The notes under the pieces are model-generated. The model was not told where the DNA came from. It did not search any database and saw nothing but the letters and a program-made list of their open reading frames with translations. From the IMG/VR virus record IMGVR_UViG_3300021959_007005: a DNA stretch of 64,000 bases; one strand, 5' to 3'. Positions 12,201 to 21,058 of the stretch are shown here, piece after piece (the first letter of the stretch is position 1; every line of letters begins with the position of its first letter). A program made the translations under genes and the position numbers. Source of the DNA: a virus (taxonomy: Duplodnaviria; Caudoviricetes).

Positions 12201-12837
12201 TACCAAATGCTTCACTAACTCCGTTAATATTTCCTCTAAATAAATTACTAACTGTTGTATTAACACTATTTGTTCTATATACTTCGTTTATGATACCATT
12301 TTTTGTAAATCTGGCAAATGGCGATCCAAACTTATTGCTTGATTGTAATATAGAGTTTAATACTGTTAAAAAGTTTTGATAAGCATCTGGATCGGTAACA
12401 TCATCAAATTGTAATGTTGTGTTAGCAAGGCTACCGCCATCTACATCATATACTGTCTGTGATGTTCTTATACTGTTTATTTTTAATAGTCCACTTGCCA
12501 CAACATTTCTAGTAGGAGTATAACCTAAAAATTCAGCAATACGTAAGGCGCTTTCTCTGCGTTCTGCTGTACTTAAATAATTCTCTCTACTTGCTAAGTC
12601 ACTTCTAAATGCTAAGTTATGTCCAAGAAATGCCATAAGTTCAATTAAACTTACAAATTCACTTGAACTAATCCAATCATTAAAATTTTCTGGATAGTTG
12701 GTAGTAATATATTCTACCATTGCGTTTCTAATTGTTTCAAAATCGTATGCTTGAAAGTTTGCTTGTGCAAAACTTTCATATACTACACTAAAATCTTCCG
12801 CAGCAAATAAACTGCTCTGTCTTGCGCCCTGTGCCAT
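9295..12837 (-). CDS. gp6: Baseplate wedge protein (T4 gp6-like), 1180 aa
   Basis: N-terminal YDFETIR...LIELMAFLG...ENYLSTAERRES..RIAEFLGY and ATQDRMVTADDY are typical of gp6; it lies directly after gp25. Confidence 0.85.
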   Translation of the reverse strand: MAQGARQSSLFAAEDFSVVYESFAQANFQAYDFETIRNAMVEYITTNYPENFNDWISSSEFVSLIELMAFLGHNLAFRSDLASRENYLSTAERRESALRIAEFLGYTPTRNVVASGLLKINSIRTSQTVYDVDGGSLANTTLQFDDVTDPDAYQNFLTVLNSILQSSNKFGSPFARFTKNGIINEVYRTNSVNTTVSNLFRGNINGVSEAFGIHSIAYNQTENVLQEKSPDPYGVFDMVYRNDNSGFSSPNTGFFVGFKQGTLENKDFSIQNGLPNMVLDINVNNIANGNIWVQTVDEVGQVQANWTRIDRQFGSSSIFNAISNGNKNIYTVTSREDDQVSIVFGDGAFGNIPRGIVRVWYRTGLNQTYTLNSNNFSGTTYKFSYVGEDGNTYEASLGCSLKSNVTNASERESLNSIKVNASRFFATQDRMVTADDYSIFPLTVSENIRKIKSINRVHSGHSRYRDLYDPTATYTDAVQFMDDGYLYQEDITTRNIVALPSRYNSEQLYQRFLKPILDNPEVKNFFYNKHYYSGLPAATAELHYTDTTAGITSFTIDGSITNTYRWNQSTSASNTSTGYITFNTPVQRVGKLAADPMKKIQKNSLVEFITTPFKSGYINTISVTAGGSGYTTPPTVVIGGSGADASAIANINAGVVVSVTISNSGVNYTDATSISFTGGGGTGAIAKCTIASADTKWARVTNIYKDGLGIDASDGTPTGDDASGKGAISLDAVIPTGARINRIVPSWVNDTTKTVKSNLISKLDANNSFGLRYDATNQEWVIVESANLPTSSTTNNLASNWSRSYEGDNTSTGADQSWILRVNYSSSQWEILTRKTRYIYGSDQTVRFNNLNFEESFSSDTLKPLRDSLRVLDINAESTSSSVPLGKNYDFNVVGYFTYADGYTDPHKIRVSISDPNKDGFPNDPESFNRIINNGTIKLKTIRENGYNFTVYDNENSAGNTAVIGRSNLRSKYSRIADVNQVIDPSTTNIIDTYVLLSSYDNLYRAWALYDGLPQTKPNNPTVTELGEMFQSLENKKSISDQIIYRPVKYKILFGDLASSELQAKFNVSRTSTATMSDTEVKQQVIKLITEYFAIDNWDFGETFYFTELAAFIHNNMIGQISQVTISPVSAQAETTELFEIISDSDELFLPVLTTGNITISNSVSNNATTIAANTGVSIT

Positions 12838-13202
12838 TATTCTATCTCACCTACAAAATTTAAGTATAGCTCTTCGGCTGTACCTGTTGAAATGTATTCT
12901 AATCTAACCTGTATTCTCAACGTATGATCATCAGGTTTAGTAACTAACGTTTCTAGCGGTTTCCATCGTGGATCACTATTAACAATTCTCTCAACATCTT
13001 CATGAACTGCTTCTTCTGTCATACTATCAAGTGGATCAAAAACTAGATCCCACACTATGCTTCCAAACTCAGGATTCATAACTCGCTCGCCTTTTCGTGT
13101 ATAAAAATGATTCATAAGATCACGTTTTGCCAGCTCTGAGTCTGTCAGTGTTCTACTTGAGAATGTACTATTGAGTGTACTATATCCGTAATACGTTGCC
13201 AT
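12837..13202 (-). CDS. gp25: Baseplate wedge subunit gp25-like
   Basis: DLMNHFYTRKGERVMNPEFGSIVWDLVFDP...DPRW is the gp25/GPW motif; 121 aa. Confidence 0.9.
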   Translation of the reverse strand: MATYYGYSTLNSTFSSRTLTDSELAKRDLMNHFYTRKGERVMNPEFGSIVWDLVFDPLDSMTEEAVHEDVERIVNSDPRWKPLETLVTKPDDHTLRIQVRLEYISTGTAEELYLNFVGEIE

Positions 13203-13207
13203 GCAAG

Positions 13208-13214
13208 TATTTAG
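13208..13214 (-). promoter_or_regulatory. Late (gp55-type) promoter CTAAATA, 5 nt upstream of the gp25 ATG (probably leaderless)
   Basis: The + strand reads tatttag; it matches the (A/C)TAAATA motif seen before most structural genes. Confidence 0.55.
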
Positions 13215-13235
13215 TGCAGAATTAACCGGGTATTT

Positions 13236-14171
13236 TTAGATTTTAACTGATGTTTGGATAATATCACCAGTTACTAGTTCTGCAATTATAGTTAGTCTAG
13301 GACCATCTAAAGTATAGTCATAATAGTGTTGTTTGATATCACCGTTTATTTTAACTAGTAATTTTTCTACAGGTTCAATACTTGGAGTCACTGATAATGT
13401 AATAGTTGGTACACCATCTAAATACTCTATATTGTTTTGAGCTATTGTAACGTTATATGTAAACTGTTGCTCCCTAAGTGTATCTTGATATCGATTGACA
13501 ATTGCACGTTTTATGCCTTCTGGTGTGAATGGTAGAAATTTTGCTGTTTCTGCATAGTATGCAAATCTAGCAGCTCTAAGTTGTTCTTCACTTAGTATTC
13601 CTTGTTCATTGGCTGTACGCATATTAAAAATACCAGTTGCTCGCATCCAACTTCTATCTTTATTAAATCCATAATCAGCCAATCTTACAATAGTAGCAGC
13701 AATCCGTGATTTTTTTCTGTTAGTTGTACTTCTCATCATCATACTTGCCAAACCAGACCAATCTTTACTTAAAATTATATTTCTAGTATTGTATGTTCCT
13801 TCAACTGCATTAATTGTAAGAAAATTCATTGTTATCCAGTAGTATATAAAAATACCGTCATATACAGATTGTGGAATTCGTTCAACACCAATAGATATAA
13901 GTTGTTTTTTAAAATTATTTTCAGCACGATTAAAGTAGCCTAACCAACTGCTAAATGCTTCTTGTTCAGTTACTCCACGAACAAATCTACTTTCTCCATA
14001 ACCAATAAAATTATAAGGATTATAACGACCAAAATTCAATGCAGTTAATTCAGCATCTGCGCTAACTGCTATGTTTTCTATTGCAATTTCTGTTTCATAA
14101 AGTATACTATCTTTTACAGTAAAATCATCCCATACTGTAGTGTAAATTTCATCTATTGTATCTAGGCTCAT
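13236..14171 (-). CDS. Baseplate lysozyme-fold (GH24-like) protein, probably degenerate, with a small C-terminal beta domain
   Basis: FIGYGE...GVTEQEA...IPQSVYDGIF resembles the GH24 TIGYGH...IT.EEA...QFDALV pattern; it lies between the gp5-like gene and gp25. Confidence 0.55.
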   Translation of the reverse strand: MSLDTIDEIYTTVWDDFTVKDSILYETEIAIENIAVSADAELTALNFGRYNPYNFIGYGESRFVRGVTEQEAFSSWLGYFNRAENNFKKQLISIGVERIPQSVYDGIFIYYWITMNFLTINAVEGTYNTRNIILSKDWSGLASMMMRSTTNRKKSRIAATIVRLADYGFNKDRSWMRATGIFNMRTANEQGILSEEQLRAARFAYYAETAKFLPFTPEGIKRAIVNRYQDTLREQQFTYNVTIAQNNIEYLDGVPTITLSVTPSIEPVEKLLVKINGDIKQHYYDYTLDGPRLTIIAELVTGDIIQTSVKI

Positions 14172-15847
14172 TGTTGTTGCCCTTTATATCCACGTCTGTA
14201 TGTTTGTACTGGTCTAGCCATATTATCATAGCTGTCTTCTCTTCTTCCCATTAACGTGTTAACTTCTGGTTCTGGATTTATACCATTTTCAGCATTCCAA
14301 TCTGACTCTGCTCGTCGCTGTTCTCTTAGTATAGCGTCATCATAAAACAAGTCATCATCTTGTTGTAACCTATTTAATTCAGCATCACTCCAAGGGAGAC
14401 CTGTTCTAGGATTAATTTCATTTTGATCAATATTGCTTTTTGTTTCAGAACCAATTCCTGATTGCGTAGCTTGTGACTTTGTTTTTGGTTTAGACTTTTT
14501 GCTTGGTCCTTTACGTGCAGATAGATTGCTTACATTATAATCTTTGTTATTAGTTTCTAAGCTAGAGTTTGCTTGACTTGCTACTGCACTACTAGTTTCT
14601 TCATGCCCATTCCAAGGCTCATGCTCAGGTACTCTTCCAGCAATACTTTCTTTTACAGATTGATTACTAGTTAAATTGGCAGTAACCGGTTTACTTGCCA
14701 GCTTTGCTGTTGGTCCATTGAGGTCAATTAGTCTGCCAGTGACCCTTACGTTGCCACTTGCACAATTAATATGTCCATTCATGTCACTTGTCAATCTAAT
14801 ATCTTTAGCACTGTGTACATTAAATTTACCCAATGCGGTTTGCATATTGATACCACAAGTTCCTCTTGACTTAACATTAATACAATCTGCATCTAAATTA
14901 AAGTCCCCACCAACGTATAAGTTAAAGTCATTAGCGGCATGCATGCTAATGTCCATTTCACTATAGACATCAATTTTTCCAGTTTTGTCCATTTGTACCC
15001 AACTGGTTCCGTCTTGATTAATAATATAAACACACCCATCAGTGTCATTTAATAGTAACTGAGCGCCGCCTGCACTACGAAGTCTTACTAATTTGCTGTC
15101 ACCAGATTTTCTGTCTTTATCAGGTACATGATTGTCACCATTACTGCTAGTTGTTCCATCATCAAGTGTTAACCCATGCCCGCCTGGTGTTAAAAATCCT
15201 GTAACATTTGACGGAGATTCTCTCCTTGCACCACTACTGCCGATTCCTCTTACTGCATCTAATCCAAGACCTTGTTTAGCAAGGTTATTTGCCATCGGAT
15301 GCCGCGGACCTTTGGCTGCGTTTTGTTTTCCTGGTTCGTTTTGTATTACACTGGGCTCAAACGTAGGGCCAATTGCACCACCAGTTTCGCCTTCAACTTG
15401 TCTTGCTGGCAGTCCTGGTATTTGTGCATTACGTGCAGTGTCATTTAATACTCCAAGTAAATATCCTTCATTTTGAAATCCAGTAAAACATACTAATACT
15501 TCAGTACCAGGAGCAGGTGGAGGAGATGTCATACCATATATATTAGTATGATCATCACCCTGTAATACTCCACCAAATGGACTTAACGGTCTAACTCTAT
15601 GGGTACGTTGTCTACCTTCAGCTGTACTAATATCAACAAGTGACTGACCGTCTATTAATGATACATATATGTATCCTGAATATGTATCATCATTAATATC
15701 TCTAACTTTTCCAATATATACGCCCTGTAGGGTCGCAATGCCATGACGATGATCTTTACTATAGATTGTTGGAACACCAGTACTTTCAATATTTTGTGAT
15801 AAGTATGTTGCACTGTCGTTAACTCCACCGCCTCGTTTTTTTACCAT
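14168..15847 (-). CDS. gp5: Baseplate central spike, gp5/VgrG-like (OB fold + beta-helix, no lysozyme domain)
   Basis: YIGKVRD...PPAPGTEVLVCF (OB fold); GGHGLTLDD, SAGGAQLLLND and WVQMDKTGKIDVYS (beta-helix); C-terminal RVPEHEPW..H. Confidence 0.75.
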   Translation of the reverse strand: MVKKRGGGVNDSATYLSQNIESTGVPTIYSKDHRHGIATLQGVYIGKVRDINDDTYSGYIYVSLIDGQSLVDISTAEGRQRTHRVRPLSPFGGVLQGDDHTNIYGMTSPPPAPGTEVLVCFTGFQNEGYLLGVLNDTARNAQIPGLPARQVEGETGGAIGPTFEPSVIQNEPGKQNAAKGPRHPMANNLAKQGLGLDAVRGIGSSGARRESPSNVTGFLTPGGHGLTLDDGTTSSNGDNHVPDKDRKSGDSKLVRLRSAGGAQLLLNDTDGCVYIINQDGTSWVQMDKTGKIDVYSEMDISMHAANDFNLYVGGDFNLDADCINVKSRGTCGINMQTALGKFNVHSAKDIRLTSDMNGHINCASGNVRVTGRLIDLNGPTAKLASKPVTANLTSNQSVKESIAGRVPEHEPWNGHEETSSAVASQANSSLETNNKDYNVSNLSARKGPSKKSKPKTKSQATQSGIGSETKSNIDQNEINPRTGLPWSDAELNRLQQDDDLFYDDAILREQRRAESDWNAENGINPEPEVNTLMGRREDSYDNMARPVQTYRRGYKGQQQ

Positions 15848-15859
15848 TGATCTTTGTCC

Positions 15860-18517
15860 TTATCCTATTACTGCGGTTCTCAACCAAGCTGGTGCATTTC
15901 TTGCTCTAAAGGTACCATCATCCAGTTGTCCTCCCCAGTAGCCCAAATTAGGGTTAACTGCGTCAACGTGAATATGTTGATTGCCCATATATCCATTACC
16001 TGCACCAAATCCAGTTAACCCAGCAGCTTTGCCATTTTTAATAAATGAACGTATTAGTGGCAAGTCGTTAGGATCATTAAATGATAATTGTCTATTACCA
16101 TCAAATAATGCAATATCAGCCGCATTGCCATTATCATGTCTGTGTGATCCCGTTCGATTAGGACCACTTGAGTCCTGTCCACCGCTATATACTTTTACAT
16201 CTAATCCGCTTGCTTGTGCCGCCTGTTGTATCTGACTTTTTAGTTTGGCAGTTAATGGTTGATTTCTAACTTTTCCTGCTTCAGTTTGATAACTTGTATC
16301 ATCAATTTGACCAGTTCCTGATCCTACTGCTAATGGTCCTGAACTATTAGGCCCAGTATTAGTATCATTTGGTAAGTCATTAATTTGATCACCATCACCT
16401 TGCCCGTCTTCTTTTCTAGCTTCCTGTTGACTAACACTTCCCGGAGCATTGGTAAATCCTCTTTCCAAGTCTTCCCAAAGTGTACCAACATTTGCATTCA
16501 TATCTCGGAATGAGCTCAACTGCATAGTAAATGATCCAGCATCGTATGAAGCCCTGACAGAATACACTCTATATATTCCCATGATACTAAAGTCATTATC
16601 CATTTGTAATGGCAACCCAGTGTTATCATCAGGGTACGTTGGAAATTTTACATTTAAAAAATAGTTTAATCCACCATGTTCGTAATCAGCACCGATATTG
16701 TTATTGTTAGCTCGCTTTTGTTTACCAAGCCAATACGGGTCACCTCTCACAGTTATATTTTGCTCTATTAAGTCACTAAGTGCATTTAGACCAACCTCAA
16801 CTGCACCTAACATGAGAGATCCTGAAGATTGATTACCTTGGTCAGGTCCTGAAGTTGATTGCGAAGAAATATTATTACTCTGAAAAGTTAATGGTACTTC
16901 ATGAACAATTTTAGGGTTGTTTAATAATTCATTTTGTGTAATATACCGTGTACCAGATATCCTATTAGGAGTTCTACCATTAATTGGTTGACTATCAATT
17001 TTCCGTTGTAGATCAGTCATTTGCTCATCAATTAAATTAGCACGGGCTTCTAACTGTCTAATTTCAGATTCAAGGTTAGATATTTCTGTTGATCGTTGTT
17101 GATTTGCTATTGCATCATCAGCACTATTAATCTGACCTTCATTTTCTTTTTGTAATTTAGTAATTGCTGATTTCTTTTTACTTATTTTAGCCTGTAGTGA
17201 TCTCAATTCTCCACGAAATATATTAAGCTCATTCTCAGGACCAGATTCTCCAGCAACTGTGCGCCCACTTATTTCCCCATTATTAAGGGCTTGTATTTGA
17301 TAATACATATTATTCATTGTAATATCTAAGTCAATGACTTCAGTATTAAGTCCAGTGAATGTAAAATCAAATCGTTTCCTTAATAAGTCATTATCAAATA
17401 TGTTCTGTAGTCGTTGACGTTGCATTGACGGATTGGCCATTAATGTATAATAACTAACTGGATCATGTACAATTTCAGGTGTTACAAATTGTCCAATGGT
17501 ATACGTAATTTTCTTTTGATAATGTTTTGATAGCTTATCATATTGCAAATATTCAACTGATGTATCTAATTTAAACCAAGTTAATAATTGCTGTAATAGT
17601 TCTGCTTTGGCTTCAGCGGCAGTAGGTTTGTCTTTTGCAAATTGCTGCGATCCAGAATTAGTATGTACTGGTAACTTTTGAAATTCCTCTGTTTGGAATA
17701 GTGCTGTACTCATTAATGCTACAATACTTGTACCAGGGTTAAATTCAAATATTAAATTTCCACTACCAGTAATTGATATTGCTGCATTTTTGTCAGCTTC
17801 AATTGCAGCTGAAAATTTCCAATCGTTCCATCTAGATGCCTCTGCATCTAACTCAATTGTGTATTGGTGGGAAAATAGCTGATGTTCATTTAATTTTGTT
17901 CGCTCTATTTCTTGATCATTTATTTCTTTTTGCAGTGCTTTAAGGAACCCACCATAGGTGTTGGCGTTTATACTTCCTTCAAAAGGTAAATTTAACTGTA
18001 AACGTGAGTATGCTTCTTGTTGTGTTTCTATTAGATTCGCAGTATATGTACTTGCACCTTGTCTATATGAAAAATCTAAGCTAGCCATTGTTGTCATATA
18101 GTAAAAAGGACCTGGTGGTGTATCTGTACTACTGCCATCTGGCAAAAACCCATTAAATTTTAGTTCTAATAGGTAACATGCTTGTAAATGATTTTCTATC
18201 CCTAAACGAGCGGCACCCAATTTTATTCTATTAAACATTGTTGTGCCTAATGGTTCTACTAATTGTATAGTAAACATATTGCCAACAGCATTTCTATTTT
18301 GTTTAGCAAACGCTAATGTCATTTCTTGTTGTACACTTTGTATGTTAATTTCAGACTCAACACCACTATGTGCAAGTGTAACAACCCGCCCTTTATCAAT
18401 TAAGTCCTCAAACTCAGTTGACTCTCGTGGATGTACCATCATTAACTGCCACTGATAGGTGTAGCTTTCATATCGGTTAAGGACATTTTCTAAATATTGG
18501 CTATGATTTCCACCCAT
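15860..18517 (-). CDS. Baseplate hub protein (gp27-like) with a coiled coil and a C-terminal M15-type peptidase domain
   Basis: NVLNRYESYTY, ITVRGDPYWLG and GIYRVYSV...F.G.FTMQL are hub motifs; C-terminal SHRHDNGNAADI...HIHVD is an H-x6-D...HxH Zn site. Confidence 0.7.
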   Translation of the reverse strand: MGGNHSQYLENVLNRYESYTYQWQLMMVHPRESTEFEDLIDKGRVVTLAHSGVESEINIQSVQQEMTLAFAKQNRNAVGNMFTIQLVEPLGTTMFNRIKLGAARLGIENHLQACYLLELKFNGFLPDGSSTDTPPGPFYYMTTMASLDFSYRQGASTYTANLIETQQEAYSRLQLNLPFEGSINANTYGGFLKALQKEINDQEIERTKLNEHQLFSHQYTIELDAEASRWNDWKFSAAIEADKNAAISITGSGNLIFEFNPGTSIVALMSTALFQTEEFQKLPVHTNSGSQQFAKDKPTAAEAKAELLQQLLTWFKLDTSVEYLQYDKLSKHYQKKITYTIGQFVTPEIVHDPVSYYTLMANPSMQRQRLQNIFDNDLLRKRFDFTFTGLNTEVIDLDITMNNMYYQIQALNNGEISGRTVAGESGPENELNIFRGELRSLQAKISKKKSAITKLQKENEGQINSADDAIANQQRSTEISNLESEIRQLEARANLIDEQMTDLQRKIDSQPINGRTPNRISGTRYITQNELLNNPKIVHEVPLTFQSNNISSQSTSGPDQGNQSSGSLMLGAVEVGLNALSDLIEQNITVRGDPYWLGKQKRANNNNIGADYEHGGLNYFLNVKFPTYPDDNTGLPLQMDNDFSIMGIYRVYSVRASYDAGSFTMQLSSFRDMNANVGTLWEDLERGFTNAPGSVSQQEARKEDGQGDGDQINDLPNDTNTGPNSSGPLAVGSGTGQIDDTSYQTEAGKVRNQPLTAKLKSQIQQAAQASGLDVKVYSGGQDSSGPNRTGSHRHDNGNAADIALFDGNRQLSFNDPNDLPLIRSFIKNGKAAGLTGFGAGNGYMGNQHIHVDAVNPNLGYWGGQLDDGTFRARNAPAWLRTAVIG

Positions 18518-18822
18518 TAACTACCTCCAGGTCTGTACTTAATAGGTATAACAATCTTTGTGCCTGCAATAAAATCATGCAAGGGGTCTTTTAATACTTT
18601 TCTATTATAGTGAGCAAATAACCACCAAACTCTACTATTTCCATACATATCATGTGCCATTAAATCAGGGCGTTTATGATATTTACTGTTAATAATAACT
18701 TCTCGAGTATCATCACTTAATGTGTCCAATGTAATGTTTGGATCATATAATTCCAAATACTTACTATTCATTTTAGTTTGAGAATAGTTACTACTATCTT
18801 TATATTTTGTTCCTATTGACAT
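18517..18822 (-). CDS. gp53: LysM-like baseplate wedge protein (gp53-like)
   Basis: YHKRPDLMAHDMYGNSRVWWLFA..N...DP..DF.AGTKIVIP. Confidence 0.75.
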   Translation of the reverse strand: MSIGTKYKDSSNYSQTKMNSKYLELYDPNITLDTLSDDTREVIINSKYHKRPDLMAHDMYGNSRVWWLFAHYNRKVLKDPLHDFIAGTKIVIPIKYRPGGS

Positions 18823-19430
18823 TAAACAAACCCATCTGTATAACTGTTACCATTAACAAAACTTCTAGTATTAAACACCATTTTTTGTCTGTCTGGGCTT
18901 TGCTGTACCATTAGATCCAATGCAATAGTTTGCATTACTGGTATTTGTTGACCATTGACATATTTTAGATCAACTCCACTATCAAATGTTGTTGAAAAGT
19001 TTGTTATAACAACTGGTACTCTTTCAAATAGTTGCGTACCAAAACTACTAAAGGAAAGAACAGGTGGTGGTGTACCAGCCATTGGCACACTCCCGTCATC
19101 ATTATCTAATCCACTCCACATTTTGGTTACACTTCTTAAAAAATGTAAAACACCTAGCGTATATAGTCCTTCTTCCTCTGTTACACTTGCAAAACTTGCA
19201 GTTAACTGAATACTAGGACTTGGTGTATTAGCATATGCATTAACACTGTAATTAGTATGTACTAAGTCATAATTATTATAGTTTACTTGTTGACTATAAC
19301 TTATATCTGGCTGATAAGGAAACATTATACCGCCATGTGTGCGTAACACCGCAGCAGGACCTCGAGTATATAATGGTGTAGCACCTGGTTTACATCTAAG
19401 TATGGTTCTATTACTTGCTGCTACTGTCAT
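18822..19430 (-). CDS. Baseplate tail-tube initiator/cap (gp48/gp54-like)
   Basis: GIMFPYQPDI, HFLRSVTKM and GTPPPVL..VPVVITNF tube-fold motifs; position in the baseplate operon. Confidence 0.6.
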   Translation of the reverse strand: MTVAASNRTILRCKPGATPLYTRGPAAVLRTHGGIMFPYQPDISYSQQVNYNNYDLVHTNYSVNAYANTPSPSIQLTASFASVTEEEGLYTLGVLHFLRSVTKMWSGLDNDDGSVPMAGTPPPVLSFSSFGTQLFERVPVVITNFSTTFDSGVDLKYVNGQQIPVMQTIALDLMVQQSPDRQKMVFNTRSFVNGNSYTDGFV

Positions 19431-20008
19431 TTAATCTTACTCTTTACAAAATTATAGATGTCATCATCAAATGCTCCAAAGAATTCCATAAACTTTGATT
19501 GTTTTTGTTTTTCATTAATTGCATCATTCCTTATTGCATCACGAAACACACCAGCACTCATATCATCATTAGTTGCTGGTACTTCCAAAATATATGCACC
19601 CTGTGTAGACGGAACCAATGAATTACTAGATGTATATTTTTTAAGGAACCCACCAGGTTGTAATCTACTCTTGTCTTTATCACTAAAAACTAATACAGTT
19701 GCAGTAGTTGCAGGATCTTTGCCTACTAAGCTAACATCAGGTCTATATGGCTGTGTTTGCACAATATTTCTTTCTGGAATATCAAACATTCCAGTCATTA
19801 TCATTTGTTTTTCATCAAAACTAAATGGATTATCTTCAGGTACTGCGTTTTTTGCTAGCATAGTTGCAATAAATACGTTATTGCTGCCAAACTGTTCAAC
19901 AAGATTCATGTAAACCTTATGATGAGCTTTATGCATAGGTTGAAATCTACCGCCATAAAAAACGGCGATGTCTGATGCTATTGCTTCTGTTAATTGCGAA
20001 TATCGCAT
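19427..20008 (-). CDS. HxGH-family nucleotidyltransferase (cytidylyltransferase-like / NadM-like)
   Basis: FYGGRFQPMHKAH Rossmann HxGH motif, NPFSFDEK and MSAGVFR. Confidence 0.75.
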   Translation of the reverse strand: MRYSQLTEAIASDIAVFYGGRFQPMHKAHHKVYMNLVEQFGSNNVFIATMLAKNAVPEDNPFSFDEKQMIMTGMFDIPERNIVQTQPYRPDVSLVGKDPATTATVLVFSDKDKSRLQPGGFLKKYTSSNSLVPSTQGAYILEVPATNDDMSAGVFRDAIRNDAINEKQKQSKFMEFFGAFDDDIYNFVKSKIK

Positions 20009-20027
20009 AAGAGTCTCCTGTTAATAG

Positions 20028-20035
20028 TATTTATG
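20028..20035 (-). promoter_or_regulatory. Late promoter CATAAATA for the baseplate operon
   Basis: The + strand reads tatttatg, followed by RBS AGGAG before the ATG at 20008. Confidence 0.6.
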
Positions 20036-20064
20036 GTAGAAAAAACTGGGTAGTTAACAATTGA

Positions 20065-20092
20065 TTGACATCATGTCAGACTATTGTATACT
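20065..20092 (+). promoter_or_regulatory. Sigma70-type promoter TTGACA-N16-TATACT for gp55
   Basis: Direct match to the -35/-10 consensus; RBS AGGGAG precedes the start. Confidence 0.7.
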
Positions 20093-20113
20093 TTAAGTTA
20101 ACAAGGGAGTCAA

Positions 20114-21001
20114 GTGCATATTATGAAAAAACAAAACTATTTAAACAACAAAGACATGCTTAAAGAAATACATAAAAGTAAAATTAGCTACTGTTATTCA
20201 TTAGATGAAGAGTATACCCGTTTTGATGCAATAGTAGATGATTTAAAAGATATAAAAGATCCAGCAGTTATACAAGCTGCTAAGGAAAGTAGAGCAAGCC
20301 AGTTAAGTCAGATTGCATATGAAGAAGCTTATGATTATTGGTTTAGAACTGGTGGTAAACAAGCACACAAACCCAAACAAATTAATTATAAAATAGACCC
20401 AAATACTATTGACGAAAGTACATTGATTTATCGTCTGATGACTTTTAATCATATTCCAGAAGAGCCAGGTAGAAAATCTAAGCCAAAAACAATTGGTGAT
20501 AAACATGCTAAATGTAATTTTCCTCCTTTCCAACATTATGCATATGTAAATGGAAAGCTAGATGAGGTTGTACGAAGTCATTGGATAGGTGGCAAGGATA
20601 ATGGCCATTTCAGTGTTGATCACGGAAAGGTTACAAATAATTTAGCAAAAATGTATATTAAACTTTGTGAACGTTACAGTATGCGTAGTAACTGGCGTGG
20701 CTACACATATGTAGACGAAATGCGTAGCTTGGCACTTTTGCAGTTATCACAAATTGGGTTACAGTTTAACGAACATAAAAGCCAAAATCCATTTGCGTAC
20801 TATACAGTTGCGGTTACTAATAGCTTCACTAGAGTACTAAATTTAGAAAAACGTAATCAAAATATTAGGGATGATTTGCTTCAACAAGCAGGACAATCTC
20901 CTAGCTTTAGCAGACAACTTGATCATGAAATGGCAGAACGTGCTAAATGGGATGCAGAAGCTGACCAAGCACGAAAGGATGCAGGCTTTAATATAGGTTG
21001 A
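20114..21001 (+). CDS. gp55: Late-transcription sigma factor (gp55-like) with a ~100-aa insertion
   Basis: NYLNNKDML (T4 gp55 N-terminal NYVNNKEL-like), RGYTYVDEM and QFNEHKSQNPFAYYT...NSFTR. Confidence 0.85.
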   Translation: MHIMKKQNYLNNKDMLKEIHKSKISYCYSLDEEYTRFDAIVDDLKDIKDPAVIQAAKESRASQLSQIAYEEAYDYWFRTGGKQAHKPKQINYKIDPNTIDESTLIYRLMTFNHIPEEPGRKSKPKTIGDKHAKCNFPPFQHYAYVNGKLDEVVRSHWIGGKDNGHFSVDHGKVTNNLAKMYIKLCERYSMRSNWRGYTYVDEMRSLALLQLSQIGLQFNEHKSQNPFAYYTVAVTNSFTRVLNLEKRNQNIRDDLLQQAGQSPSFSRQLDHEMAERAKWDAEADQARKDAGFNIG

Positions 21002-21026
21002 CATTCATTGCATTTCATAGTAACTT
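20998..21026 (+). promoter_or_regulatory. Possible sigma70 promoter TTGACA-N17-TAACTT for gp47/gp46
   Basis: Consensus -35 overlapping the gp55 stop; weaker -10. Confidence 0.4.
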
Positions 21027-21058
21027 TAACGTAACTGTAAGCAACGGTCTGGAGACCC

